64,000 nt of DNA from the NCBI GenBank assembly GCA_963805555.1, contig CAWDUY010000018.1:213364-277363 (forward strand). Reading direction: 5' to 3'. The notes beneath the pieces were generated by a model. It ran no database searches. It was not told where the DNA came from and saw only the letters and a program-made list of their open reading frames with translations. Both the position numbers and the translations under genes were made by a program. This DNA comes from an uncultured Actinomycetota bacterium. GTDB lineage: Bacteria; Actinomycetota; Actinomycetes; Mycobacteriales; Nakamurellaceae. Shown here in pieces: positions 54,586 to 64,000 of this stretch. Within the stretch, counting starts at the first letter, position 1, and every line of letters begins with the position of its first letter.

Positions 54586-55092
54586 TCAGCGACGGTGCTC
54601 CCACCTGCCCTGCTCCGCCCAGCGGCGCCGGTGCGAACCCCTGGACAGCAGCAACAGCACCACCGCCACCCAGATCAACGGGAACGGGAAGAAGCCGTGG
54701 GACATCGCACTGATCGAAAGGATGACCGCCAGCACCACAAACACCGCCAGGAACCGCGGCGGCCGCCGCATCCCCGGTCCACGCGAGCCTGGTCCGCGCA
54801 TTCCCGGCCCGTACAGACCCGGCCGGCCGGGTCCCGACCAGGGACCGGGCGGGCCGAACTGGCCAAAGCCGTCCGGTCCGGGCCGACGATTGCCCGGCCC
54901 GCGCTGCGGCTCCTCCGCCGGTAGGTCGACGCTCAGTTCGGGGAGCTCGTCGAGAAAGGTCGACGCGTAAGCCTTGGCCACTCGTTCGTCGAACTCGCCG
55001 GCGGTCAGCCGACCCTCGGTGAAGTGCCGCGAGAGCAGGTCGACCGCGGCTTGCCGGTCGGTGGTGCCGGCGCGCATCCGCGGCGCCGTCAT
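54586..55092 (-). CDS. DUF1707 domain-containing membrane protein
   Basis: MTAPRMRAGTTDRQAAVDLLSRHFTEGRLTAGEFDERVAKAYAS is the DUF1707 region. A Gly/Pro/Arg-rich linker and a C-terminal TM pair follow. ATGA overlap with the PadR stop. Confidence 0.8.
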   Translation of the reverse strand: MTAPRMRAGTTDRQAAVDLLSRHFTEGRLTAGEFDERVAKAYASTFLDELPELSVDLPAEEPQRGPGNRRPGPDGFGQFGPPGPWSGPGRPGLYGPGMRGPGSRGPGMRRPPRFLAVFVVLAVILSISAMSHGFFPFPLIWVAVVLLLLSRGSHRRRWAEQGRWEHRR

Positions 55093-55736
55093 GACCGACT
55101 GCTTCCGTCCTGGTCGCCCATGATCTTGTACAGCTCGGCCCGGGTAGTGGCGAGCACCTTGCGGGCCTGCGCCATCTGCTCGGGCGTGCCGGTGCGCGCG
55201 ACGTGCACGAAGGCGGCGCCGACCTGGAAGATCAGATCGCCCAGCTGGGTGTCGTCCTCGCTGGGCGCGACGCCCTGCCACAGGCTGGCGAATTCCTCCG
55301 CTCGTTCGCCGGCCACCCGCTGACCGTCGTCGGTGAGCCGGTAGACCCGCCGCCCGTCCTGCTCCTGGGCGCGCACCAGACCCTCATCCTCGAGCTGCTG
55401 CAGGGTGGGGTACACCGAGCCGGGGCTCGGCTTCCAGCTGCCACCGCTGCGCTGGCTGATCTCCTGGATGATCTGGTAGCCGTGCATCGGCTGTTCGGCG
55501 AGCAAGGCGATCACCGCCGACCGGACGTCACCGCGGCCGGCTCTCGGACCGCGTTGACGGCGTTGCCCAGGCCCCCAAGGATCACCGCCCGGCTGGTCCC
55601 AGCCCCACGACCTGGGGCCGGCCCAAGGACCTCCGCGGGGGCCGCGCGGCCCACCGAACCCGCTCTCGGTCAACGTCTTGCGGAGCCAACCCGGCAGGTC
55701 GAATTCTCCGCTGCTGCCACAGGCATAAGCCGTCAT
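55089..55736 (-). CDS. PadR-family transcriptional regulator
   Basis: VIALLAEQPMHGYQIIQEISQRSGGSWKPSPGSVYPTLQQLEDEGLV is a wHTH. Confidence 0.85.
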   Translation of the reverse strand: MTAYACGSSGEFDLPGWLRKTLTESGFGGPRGPRGGPWAGPRSWGWDQPGGDPWGPGQRRQRGPRAGRGDVRSAVIALLAEQPMHGYQIIQEISQRSGGSWKPSPGSVYPTLQQLEDEGLVRAQEQDGRRVYRLTDDGQRVAGERAEEFASLWQGVAPSEDDTQLGDLIFQVGAAFVHVARTGTPEQMAQARKVLATTRAELYKIMGDQDGSSRS

Positions 55737-56036
55737 CGCAGTCCTCCTAGCGATCAGTCGCGATACGTCGACGATATGTCGTTATCTCCGGCTGTCAAGG
55801 GCATACCGGCGCCTTTGTCGGGCTTGCGCAGCGCGCGACCGGGACGGTGGTGGCGACGAACGGCGCCCACGCCCAACCGGTCGTCGGCGGGTGACGGAGT
55901 TGACCCGGCCTCGCCCCACCGACATGGGGCGGGCACACTGGACGTGATGTCGGCCACGCCGACCCGGATGTAGAGGGGTACCGCAGGGTGCCCGGGAGCT
56001 TCAGGGCTCCCCTCGAGCAGTAGGAGGTCCCCGCCG

Positions 56037-58175
56037 ATGTCCGAGGACAACAGTTCAGTACCGGCGTCCGAAGAACGCCAATTCGACGACGACGGCCGGG
56101 CGATCACCGCCGTGGTGGGTGATCGGGTGACCCCGGAAGAGCTCGGGCCGGTCGCGGCGGCCGAGGACGCGCCCGCCATGACGATCCCGGAACCGCCGGC
56201 CGCCCCGGACATCCCAGCGCCCCCCGGCCCGGCTCCGGCGCCCGAGGTGCCGGACCTGCCCGAGCTACCGGACGCTCCCGCGACACCCGAGGTCCCGGAA
56301 GTCCCCGACATCGCGAACGCCGCAGAGGCCCCGCAGGTGGCCGAGGCGGCCCCCGCGGTGCCGGACATCCCGGACGTCGCCGAGGCTGCGGAAGCAGCCG
56401 AGGTGACCCGGGTGGCCGAAGCGCCCGCGACGCAGGAGGTCCCAGACGTCGCCGAGGCGCCCGCAGTAGCCGAAGCGCCCGCGACGCAGGAGGTGCCAGA
56501 CATTGCCGAGGCGCCCGCAGTAGCCGAAGTGCCCGCGACGCAGGAGGTCCCAGACGTCGCCGAGGCGCCGGAGGTTGCCGAGGTCCCAGAGGTCCCCGCG
56601 GTTCCGGAGGTCACCGATGTTCCGGAATCGGCTGCGGCGGTGGAGCCGGCCGCGACCCCGGCTGCCGTCGACACACCCGACGCACCAACAACTCCGGACG
56701 ACGCCGGCAACCTCGGCGAAATGCCTGTCCTCGAGCCGGCGCACCCGGTGGCGCCGATGCCAACGGTGACTCCCGAGCGGCGGCCGGCGCCGATGCCGAC
56801 CGTCACTCCTGCAGGTCCCCGCCCGGCCGGGCAGCGGTCGAAGGGCGGCCGGCCAGGTGGCCCGGGAGCGCGCCCCGGCGGTCCCGGCGGACGCCCCGGG
56901 GGCCGGCCGAGCCCCGTGCCGTCGGCTCCATTGCCCGTCGGTGTCGTCGAACCGATCGTGGAGAGCGTCGATCCGCACCTGTGGGGTCGGATCGACGAGG
57001 ACGGGGTCGTCTACGTGACGACGTCCGCCGGCGAGCGGGCGATCGGCAATTGGCAGGCCGGCGACACCGAGGCCGGGCTGCAGCATTTCGGTCGCCGGTT
57101 CGACGATTTCTCCACCGAGATCGGCCTGTTGGAGGCACGACTGGCCTCCGGCACCGGCGACCCGAAGGCCACCAAGACCCAGGCCATCGCCCTGCGGGAA
57201 ACCGTCGAAACCCTGCCGGCGATCGGCGATCTGGACAGTGCGGCGATCCGCCTGGAGATCGTCATCGGCGCCGCAGACGCGGCCATTGCCGGCGCCTCGC
57301 ACGCCAGAACAGCCGCTAGGGCCGCCGCGATCAAGGCGAAGGAGGCACTCTGCGTCGAGGCGGAGGAGCTCGCCGAATCCACCCAATGGAAGACCACCGG
57401 CGACCGGTTGAAGGCCATCGTCGAGGAATGGCGCACCATCCGCGGGATCGACCGCAAGACCGATGACGCACTGTGGAAGCGATTCGCCAAGGCCCGCGAC
57501 ACCTTTACCCGCCACCGCGGCTCGCACTTCGCCGAATTGGACAAGCAGCGCGGTGCGGCCAAGGACGCCAAGGAAGAGTTGATCAAGAAGGCGGAGGCCC
57601 TCTCGGACGCCACCGATTGGGGCGAGACCGCCGGCGCCTACCGCGCGCTGATGGAGGAATGGAAGGCCGCCGGACGGGCCCCACGTGACGTCGAGGACGC
57701 CCTCTGGGCCCGATTCCGAGCGGCTCAGGAAAAGTTCTTCTCCCGCCGCAACAAGACCTTCTCCGACCGTGACGCCGAATTCGAAGCCAATGCGGCGATC
57801 AAGGAGAAGCTGCTCGAGGAGGCCGAGAAGCTCGATCCGGCAGCCGGTTTGGATTCCGCAAAGGCGAAAATGCGGTCCATTCAGGAACGTTGGGAGGCCG
57901 CCGGCAAGGTGCCCCGGGAACGGATCCGCGAATTCGACCAGCGGCTGCACGCTGTCGAGGAGAAGCTGAAATCCGCGGAGGACCGGCACTGGCGACGGAC
58001 GGACCCGGAGACCACAGCACGGGTCGAACAGTTCCGTGCGCGGGTTGACACCTACCGCGCGCAAGCCGCCAAGGCCCGCGCCGCCGGCGATGAGCGCAAG
58101 GCCCGGGAGGCCGACAAGCAGGCCGCCCAGTGGGAAGAGTGGCTCAAGACGGCGCAGGGCGCCGTCGACGGGTGA
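56037..58175 (+). CDS. DUF349 domain-containing protein with an acidic Pro/Glu/Val/Ala repeat N-terminal region
   Basis: RBS aggagg precedes the ATG at 56037. The C-terminal half has repeated DALWKRFAKARDTF / DALWARFRAAQEKFF modules typical of DUF349. Confidence 0.88.
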   Translation: MSEDNSSVPASEERQFDDDGRAITAVVGDRVTPEELGPVAAAEDAPAMTIPEPPAAPDIPAPPGPAPAPEVPDLPELPDAPATPEVPEVPDIANAAEAPQVAEAAPAVPDIPDVAEAAEAAEVTRVAEAPATQEVPDVAEAPAVAEAPATQEVPDIAEAPAVAEVPATQEVPDVAEAPEVAEVPEVPAVPEVTDVPESAAAVEPAATPAAVDTPDAPTTPDDAGNLGEMPVLEPAHPVAPMPTVTPERRPAPMPTVTPAGPRPAGQRSKGGRPGGPGARPGGPGGRPGGRPSPVPSAPLPVGVVEPIVESVDPHLWGRIDEDGVVYVTTSAGERAIGNWQAGDTEAGLQHFGRRFDDFSTEIGLLEARLASGTGDPKATKTQAIALRETVETLPAIGDLDSAAIRLEIVIGAADAAIAGASHARTAARAAAIKAKEALCVEAEELAESTQWKTTGDRLKAIVEEWRTIRGIDRKTDDALWKRFAKARDTFTRHRGSHFAELDKQRGAAKDAKEELIKKAEALSDATDWGETAGAYRALMEEWKAAGRAPRDVEDALWARFRAAQEKFFSRRNKTFSDRDAEFEANAAIKEKLLEEAEKLDPAAGLDSAKAKMRSIQERWEAAGKVPRERIREFDQRLHAVEEKLKSAEDRHWRRTDPETTARVEQFRARVDTYRAQAAKARAAGDERKAREADKQAAQWEEWLKTAQGAVDG
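56415..56576 (+). repeat. 54-nt tandem repeat, 3 copies, in frame (18-aa units AEAPATQEVPDVAEAPAV)
   Basis: Units start at 56415, 56469 and 56523 with a few substitutions. They are embedded in a wider PEVPD/AEAP low-complexity tract of about 56150-56700. Confidence 0.9.
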
Positions 58176-58180
58176 GGGCT

Positions 58181-58850
<670 letters not shown>

Positions 58851-58852
<2 letters not shown>

Positions 58853-58919
58853 ACGGTCGACTGAACCGCAACCGTGCAGATGACCGCTCGGTCGCCGGGG
58901 AACGGTTCAGTCGACGTCC
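58851..58919. terminator. long inverted repeat between convergent genes (13-bp perfect stem gtcgactgaaccg / cggttcagtcgac, 34-nt loop)
   Basis: Arms at 58856-58868 and 58903-58915. It shares the ACTGAA...TTCAGT core with the hairpins at 3821-3871, 3919-3969 and 20116-20158. Confidence 0.5.
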
Positions 58920-58934
58920 GCTGCGCGGCCTGAG

Positions 58935-60515
58935 TCAGCCGACGCCGCAAGCGGCCACCGGCAGATCAACCCGTTCCGGCCGCCCGAGTCCTGGCATGCC
59001 GAGGCCAACGCCGGGGGTGGTCAGCGCCCGCCCGGCCTCCGACCGGTCCCCCGCACGGGTCCGGCGGTGGCTGAGCACCTCGCTGTCCGCGACCAGGTGG
59101 TGCGGCGCGCCGTAGGTGACGGTGGTGGTCACCACGTCACCGGGCCGGATCGACCGGTCGATGGCACCGACGGGCGTGAAATGCACGAGCCGGCCGTCCC
59201 TGGCCCGGCCGGACAGCCGGCCGCGGCCCTCGTCCTTGCGGCCCTCACCGGCCGCGACCAGCACCTCGACCACCCGGCCGATCTGGGCCCGGTTACCGGC
59301 CAGTGACGACGCGTCGACGACGGCCATCAGCCGCTGGAACCGCTCGGTGACGACCTCCCGCGGCACCTGGTCGGGCATGGTGGCGGCGGGCGTACCGGGC
59401 CGCGGCGAGTACTGGAAGGTGAAGGCGGCCGCGAACTGGGACGCCGAGACGACGTCCAGGGTGGCCTGGAAGTCGTCCTCGGTCTCCCCCGGGAAGCCGA
59501 CGATGATGTCGGTGGTGATCGCGGCGTCGGGCATGGCCGCCCGCACCTCGGCCAGGATGTTCAGATAGCGCTCGCTGCGGTAGGAGCGGCGCATCGCGCG
59601 CAGCACCCGGTCGGAACCGGACTGCAGCGGCATATGCAACTGGTGGCAGACGTTCGGGGTCTGCGCCATCGCGTCGATGACGTCGTGGGTGAAGTCCTTC
59701 GGATGCGGCGAGGTGAACCGCACCCGCTCCAGCCCGTCGACGGCCCCGCAGGCCCGCAGCAGTTTCGCGAACGCAGCCCGGTCGCCGAATTCGGCGCCGT
59801 AGGAGTTGACGTTCTGGCCCAGCAGGGTCACCTCGAGAACTCCGTCGGCGACCAGCATCTCGACCTCTGCCAGCACATCACCCGGACGGCGGTCGGCCTC
59901 CTTGCCGCGCAGCGACGGGACGATGCAGAACGTGCAGGTGTTGTTGCAGCCGACCGAGATGGACACCCAGCCGGAGTAGTGCGAGTCGCGCTTCGCGGGC
60001 AGCGAGGACGGGAAGACCTCGAGCGAATCCAGGATCTCCAGCTGCGCTTCCTCGTTGTGCCTGGCCCGCTCCAGCAGGGTGGGCAGTGAGCCGACGTTGT
60101 GCGTGCCGAACACCACGTCCACCCAGGGCGCGCGCCGCAGGATCTCGCTACGGTCCTTCTGCGCCAGGCAACCGCCAACGGCGATCTGCATGCCCGGGTT
60201 CTTCGCCTTCACCGACGCCAGGTGCCCGAGGTTGCCGTACAACTTGTTGTCGGCGTTCTCCCGCACCGCGCAGGTGTTGAAGACCACCACGTCGGCATAC
60301 TTGCCCTCGGTCAGCACCCGGTATCCCGCCTGTTCGAGCAGCCCGGACAAGCGCTCCGAGTCGTGCACGTTCATCTGGCAGCCGTAGGTGCGCACCTGGT
60401 AGGTGCGCGGCGGCAAGCCGTCCGGCCCATCGGTTGACGGGTGGGCAGTTGACGCCGGCGCGGTGCGGTCGGTCAGGGCGGAACTCACGCCGATCAGCGT
60501 ACGTCCGCCGCCCAT
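58935..60515 (-). CDS. miaB: tRNA (N6-isopentenyl adenosine(37)-C2)-methylthiotransferase
   Basis: [20 protein letters not shown], radical-SAM motif [13 protein letters not shown] and a TRAM-like C-terminus. The start is uncertain (ATG 60515 or GTG 60488). Confidence 0.9.
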   Translation of the reverse strand: MGGGRTLIGVSSALTDRTAPASTAHPSTDGPDGLPPRTYQVRTYGCQMNVHDSERLSGLLEQAGYRVLTEGKYADVVVFNTCAVRENADNKLYGNLGHLASVKAKNPGMQIAVGGCLAQKDRSEILRRAPWVDVVFGTHNVGSLPTLLERARHNEEAQLEILDSLEVFPSSLPAKRDSHYSGWVSISVGCNNTCTFCIVPSLRGKEADRRPGDVLAEVEMLVADGVLEVTLLGQNVNSYGAEFGDRAAFAKLLRACGAVDGLERVRFTSPHPKDFTHDVIDAMAQTPNVCHQLHMPLQSGSDRVLRAMRRSYRSERYLNILAEVRAAMPDAAITTDIIVGFPGETEDDFQATLDVVSASQFAAAFTFQYSPRPGTPAATMPDQVPREVVTERFQRLMAVVDASSLAGNRAQIGRVVEVLVAAGEGRKDEGRGRLSGRARDGRLVHFTPVGAIDRSIRPGDVVTTTVTYGAPHHLVADSEVLSHRRTRAGDRSEAGRALTTPGVGLGMPGLGRPERVDLPVAACGVG

Positions 60516-60728
60516 CGGGTCCGAACCGGCAAGATCTCGCCGGTCAGCGCGGGTTTGCCGCAACCCTCGGTGCCGCCGACAGCTCGACCGGCAAATCCGG
60601 CCGCCACGAGGCCACTGGGTAACTGTTCTATTACCGCTGGACGTGTGAGCAGCGTGAGGCGGTTCTGTGTGACAGTCTCGACACACCCCGCTGACCGATC
60701 AGGCGGGGCCAACCCCTGGGAGGGCCAT

Positions 60729-61502
60729 GTGAGTGCTGACGCCGCAAGTCCGACAGCAACCAGTGACCGGCCCATGGTCGCGATGCACGACGTCGAGAAA
60801 CACTTCGGCGCGCTGCACGTGCTGAAGAACATTCAGCTGGATGTGCCATCCGGGCAGGTGTGCATCGTGCTCGGCCCGTCGGGCTCCGGAAAATCCACCC
60901 TGTGCCGAACGATCAATCGGCTCGAATCGATCGACTCCGGGCGGATCGCGATCGACGGGGTGCCGCTGCCCGCGGAGGGCAAGGCGCTGGCGCAGCTGCG
61001 TTCGGACGTTGGGATGGTCTTCCAGTCGTTCAACCTCTTCGCCCACAAGACGATCCTGCAGAACGTCACCCTGGGCCCGATCAAGGTCCGCAAGATGAAC
61101 AAGGGCAAGGCCGATGAGCTGGCCGTGTCCCTGCTCGAACGGGTCGGGATCGAGGCCCAGAAGGACAAGCTGCCGGCTCAGCTCTCCGGTGGCCAGCAGC
61201 AGCGGGTGGCCATCGCGCGGGCCCTGGCGATGCAGCCCAAGGTGATGCTGTTCGACGAGCCGACCAGCGCGCTCGACCCGGAAATGGTCAACGAGGTCCT
61301 CGATGTCATGACGTCCCTGGCCCGCGAGGGCATGACCATGCTCGTCGTCACTCATGAGATGGGCTTTGCCCGCAAGGCCGGCGACCGGGTGCTGTTCATG
61401 GCCGACGGCGAGATCGTCGAGGATGCACCCCCGGAGACCTTCTTCACCAATCCGACGAGCAATCGTGCGAAGGATTTCCTCAGCAAGATCCTCACGCACT
61501 GA
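60729..61502 (+). CDS. gluA: amino acid (glutamate-type) ABC transporter ATP-binding protein
   Basis: Walker [10 protein letters not shown], signature LSGGQQQRV and Walker [16 protein letters not shown] gggaggg lies 4 nt before the GTG at 60729. Confidence 0.88.
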   Translation: MSADAASPTATSDRPMVAMHDVEKHFGALHVLKNIQLDVPSGQVCIVLGPSGSGKSTLCRTINRLESIDSGRIAIDGVPLPAEGKALAQLRSDVGMVFQSFNLFAHKTILQNVTLGPIKVRKMNKGKADELAVSLLERVGIEAQKDKLPAQLSGGQQQRVAIARALAMQPKVMLFDEPTSALDPEMVNEVLDVMTSLAREGMTMLVVTHEMGFARKAGDRVLFMADGEIVEDAPPETFFTNPTSNRAKDFLSKILTH

Positions 61503-61552
61503 CCCGCGGTACGGGACCGACCCGTGCCGACGATCACCGAAGGGACCACCGA

Positions 61553-62533
61553 ATGAGACTGGCCAGGATTGCGTCAGCCGTAGCTGGCGCGGCCGCGCTC
61601 GCACTCGTTGTATCCGGCTGCGGCAGCAGCGACACCGCCACCACTCCGGGGAGCTCCGTCGCGAGCGCCGCGTCCAGCGTCGTCAGCGCCGGGCAGAGTG
61701 TCGCCAGCGAGGCCCAGAGCATGGCGAGCAGCGCAGTCGACAGCGCCAAGAGTTCGGTGAGCGCCGCCGTGACCGGCGCCGTTGGGGACTCCCAGGTGCT
61801 GACCAACGCGGGCGACGGCAAGTTGGTCGTCGGCATCAAGTTCGATCAGCCCGGGCTGGGTCTGAAGAACCCGGACGGCTCGTTCTCCGGCTTCGACGTC
61901 GAGGTGGCCAAGTATGTCGCCGAACAGCTCGGCGTCCCGGCGGACAGCATCGAGTTCAAGGAGTCCAAGTCCGCTGAGCGCGAGGGGCTGATCGAGCGCG
62001 GCGAGGTCGACTACATCGTCGCGACGTACTCGATCACCGACACCCGCAAGGAGAAGGTCAACTTCGCGGGACCGTACTTCATCGCTGCCCAGGACCTGCT
62101 GGTCAAGTCCGACAACACCGACATCACCGGTCCGGAGGCGATGGCCGGCAAGATCCTGTGCTCGGTCACCGGTTCCACGTCCGCGCAGAAGGTGAAGGAC
62201 AACTACGCGGCGGATGTCGCGCTGCAGGAGTACGGCACCTACACCGAGTGCGTCGAGGCACTGCGCTCCGGCGCGGTTGACGCGGTGACCACTGACAACG
62301 TCATCCTGGCCGGCTACGCCGCCCAGTACCCGGGTGAACTGAAGGTCGTCGGCGAGGGCTTCTCCACCGAGAACTACGGCATCGGCCTGAAGAAGGACGA
62401 CGCCGCAGGGACCGCCGCCATCAACGCGGCCATCGTCAAGATGATCGCGGACGGTAGCTGGAAGACCGCCCTGGAGGAGACCGTCGGAGCATCCGGCTTC
62501 ACCATCCCGGCCCCGCCGACTCCCGGCAGCTGA
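61553..62533 (+). CDS. gluB: glutamate ABC transporter substrate-binding lipoprotein
   Basis: Signal peptide with lipobox LVVSGC, a Ser/Ala-rich linker and a family-3 solute-binding domain. Confidence 0.85.
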   Translation: MRLARIASAVAGAAALALVVSGCGSSDTATTPGSSVASAASSVVSAGQSVASEAQSMASSAVDSAKSSVSAAVTGAVGDSQVLTNAGDGKLVVGIKFDQPGLGLKNPDGSFSGFDVEVAKYVAEQLGVPADSIEFKESKSAEREGLIERGEVDYIVATYSITDTRKEKVNFAGPYFIAAQDLLVKSDNTDITGPEAMAGKILCSVTGSTSAQKVKDNYAADVALQEYGTYTECVEALRSGAVDAVTTDNVILAGYAAQYPGELKVVGEGFSTENYGIGLKKDDAAGTAAINAAIVKMIADGSWKTALEETVGASGFTIPAPPTPGS

Positions 62534-62541
62534 TCCCAACA

Positions 62542-62571
62542 CGGACGGCCCTCGGAATCCGGGGGCCGTCC
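62542..62571 (+). terminator. intercistronic stem-loop between gluB and gluC
   Basis: cggacggccc-tcggaatcc-ggggccgtccg followed by gcttta. Likely an mRNA stabiliser or attenuator that raises the binding-protein to permease ratio. Confidence 0.5.
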
Positions 62572-62637
62572 GGCTTTACCGCGACGCACCCTGCTACCCC
62601 AGCCCCCTCGCGTGATGCCGGGATGAGAGGTTAATCC

Positions 62638-63339
62638 GTGGATTTCAGCTTCCTGTCCGACCCGAGGTACAACATCCTCGGTGCGTTCTGGATGACGGTG
62701 CAGCTGACCTTCTGGTCGGCGATCGGATCGTTCATCCTCGGTGTCATCCTCGTGGCGATGCGGGTGAGTCCGGTGCCGCTGATGCGCGGTTTCGCCACCG
62801 GCTACGTGAACGTCTTCCGGAACATTCCGCTCACCCTGATCATCATCATGATGTCGCAGGTCATCGCGAATCAGCTGGGGGTCCGGCTGGCCACCCGGGA
62901 GGCCGGCGTCAACCCGCAGGCCTTCCTGGACAACCAGAACTTCCGGCTCGCCGTGCTGGGGTTCGTCATCTACACCTCGACGTTCGTCTGTGAGGCGATC
63001 CGGTCCGGAATCAACACCGTGCCGGCCGGGCAGGCCGAGGCCGCCCGGGCGATCGGGCTGACGTTCACCCAGGTCCTCGGGATCATCGTGCTGCCGCAGG
63101 CCATCCGGGCGGTGATCGCGCCGCTCGGGTCCGTGTTGATCGCGCTGACCAAGAACACCACTGTCGCCTCAGCGATCGGGGTGGCCGAGGCCGCCGTCCT
63201 GATGAACACCCTGATCGAGAACGAGGCCGACAAGTTCACCGCGGTCTTCCTGGTGATCGCCGCCGGGTTCATCGTGCTCACCCTGCCCACCGGGCTGCTG
63301 TTCGGCGCACTGGCCAAGCGAAACGCGGTGAAGCGATGA
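62638..63339 (+). CDS. gluC: amino acid ABC transporter permease
   Basis: 233-aa polytopic ORF with the EAA-type loop AGQAEAARAIGLTFTQ. Confidence 0.88.
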   Translation: MDFSFLSDPRYNILGAFWMTVQLTFWSAIGSFILGVILVAMRVSPVPLMRGFATGYVNVFRNIPLTLIIIMMSQVIANQLGVRLATREAGVNPQAFLDNQNFRLAVLGFVIYTSTFVCEAIRSGINTVPAGQAEAARAIGLTFTQVLGIIVLPQAIRAVIAPLGSVLIALTKNTTVASAIGVAEAAVLMNTLIENEADKFTAVFLVIAAGFIVLTLPTGLLFGALAKRNAVKR

Positions 63340-63397
63340 GTGTGCGAATCAGTCGGCAAGATGTCGCACGTCCGCGAGGAACGAGCGGAGGCGCGGC

Positions 63398-64000
63398 ATG
63401 AGTGAACGGGCGAGCGTTCTCTACGACATTCCCGGCCCGAAGGCCAAGCGTTTCAACCTGATCATGAGCGTCATCTTCGCCGCGCTCCTACTGCTGCTCG
63501 CCTGGTATGTCCTGTCCACACTCGCGGCCAAGGACCAGCTGACCGCCGACAAGTGGTCACCGTTCCTGGAAATCCAGAACTGGACGACGTATCTGCTCCC
63601 GGGCCTCTGGGCAACGCTCGAAGCAGCGGCCGTCAGCGTGGTGATCGCGCTGCCGATCGGCGCGCTACTCGGTGTTGGTCGACTGTCGGATCATGCTTGG
63701 ATCCGGGTTCCGGTCGGCATCATCGTCGAGTTCTTCCGGTCGATCCCGGTCATCATCCTGATGCTGTTCGCATTCCAGCTGTGGTTCGCGGTACTGGGCA
63801 CCTCCAGCCCGTTCGCCGCTGTCGTCATCGGTTTGGTGCTCTACAACGGGTCCGTGCTCGCCGAGGTTGTCCGTGCCGGCATCCAGGCGGTCCCCAAGGG
63901 GCAGACCGAGGCCGCATTGGCGATCGGGATGAACAAGACCCAGCTGATGACGATCGTGCTGCTACCGCAGGCACTGACCACCATGCTGCCGGCCGTGGTC
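63398..64000 (+). CDS. gluD: amino acid ABC transporter permease (5' part; runs off the right edge)
   Basis: ATG at 63398 gives MSERASVLYDIPGPKAKRFNLIMSVIFAALLLLLAWYV... and GQTEAALAIGMNKTQ. No stop occurs in the window. Confidence 0.85.
   Translation, partial: MSERASVLYDIPGPKAKRFNLIMSVIFAALLLLLAWYVLSTLAAKDQLTADKWSPFLEIQNWTTYLLPGLWATLEAAAVSVVIALPIGALLGVGRLSDHAWIRVPVGIIVEFFRSIPVIILMLFAFQLWFAVLGTSSPFAAVVIGLVLYNGSVLAEVVRAGIQAVPKGQTEAALAIGMNKTQLMTIVLLPQALTTMLPAVV

Noticed and set aside
56265-58064. 599-aa minus-strand ORF, plus the 350-aa Ser/Thr/Ala/Gly-rich ORF at 55754-56806 that resembles a repetitive surface (PGRS-like) protein
   Set aside because: Both are antisense to the DUF349 gene, which has a good RBS and conserved ALWxRF modules. 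Their repetitiveness simply mirrors the plus-strand 54-nt repeats.

Overview
Very GC-rich actinobacterial chromosome segment. Most of it is conserved core genome, and the gene order resembles two mycobacterial/corynebacterial syntenic blocks. Minus strand, left end: the 5' half of the dcw cell-wall/division cluster (mraZ-rsmH-ftsL-like-ftsI-murE-murF-mraY). A complete group II intron of about 2.19 kb sits in the ftsI-murE spacer. Next come a MoxR / DUF58 / transglutaminase triad, DUF3040, a methyltransferase-dinB operon, an orphan ParA-like ATPase, and a HEPN protein preceded by an SOS box. These are followed by GNAT, DUF885, the seven-cistron Mrp (mnhA-G) antiporter operon, a vWA/solute-binding fusion with a coiled-coil partner, glgC-like, alkB, a PLP trans-sulfuration enzyme, an EamA/LysR divergent pair and a PNPOx-family gene. 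The right half carries nrdR-nrdJ, the chiZ-like LysM gene divergent from lexA, tatA, an Hsp70-NBD/TM/beta-propeller fusion, hflX-dapF-miaA, PadR-DUF1707, DUF349, a P-loop kinase, miaB and gluABCD (gluD runs off the right edge). I found no rRNA gene, tRNA gene or CRISPR array. The most interesting non-coding signals are listed here. (1) The intron lies beside an empty tandem copy of its own insertion site, and that site belongs to a small family of stop-codon-abutting stem-loop elements. (2) Three perfect 71-bp tandem repeats each encode a 24-aa mini-ORF chained by ATGA overlaps into the downstream gene (MIRU-like). (3) A one-orientation cluster of DnaA-box motifs lies upstream of nrdR-nrdJ. 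(4) Four CCAC/GTGG repeats phased at 10 bp sit in front of mraZ. (5) SOS boxes occur at lexA/chiZ-like, upstream of the HEPN gene, and (one mismatch) at the alkB start. (6) Several in-frame minisatellites of 9, 15 and 54 nt lie inside genes. (7) The transglutaminase gene has a reading-frame break at its 3' end. Many long ORFs in the track are alternate-frame or antisense shadows typical of high-GC DNA and were rejected. Start codons are my best guesses from RBS-like purine runs and overlaps. All function calls rest on motifs read by eye, not on searches.
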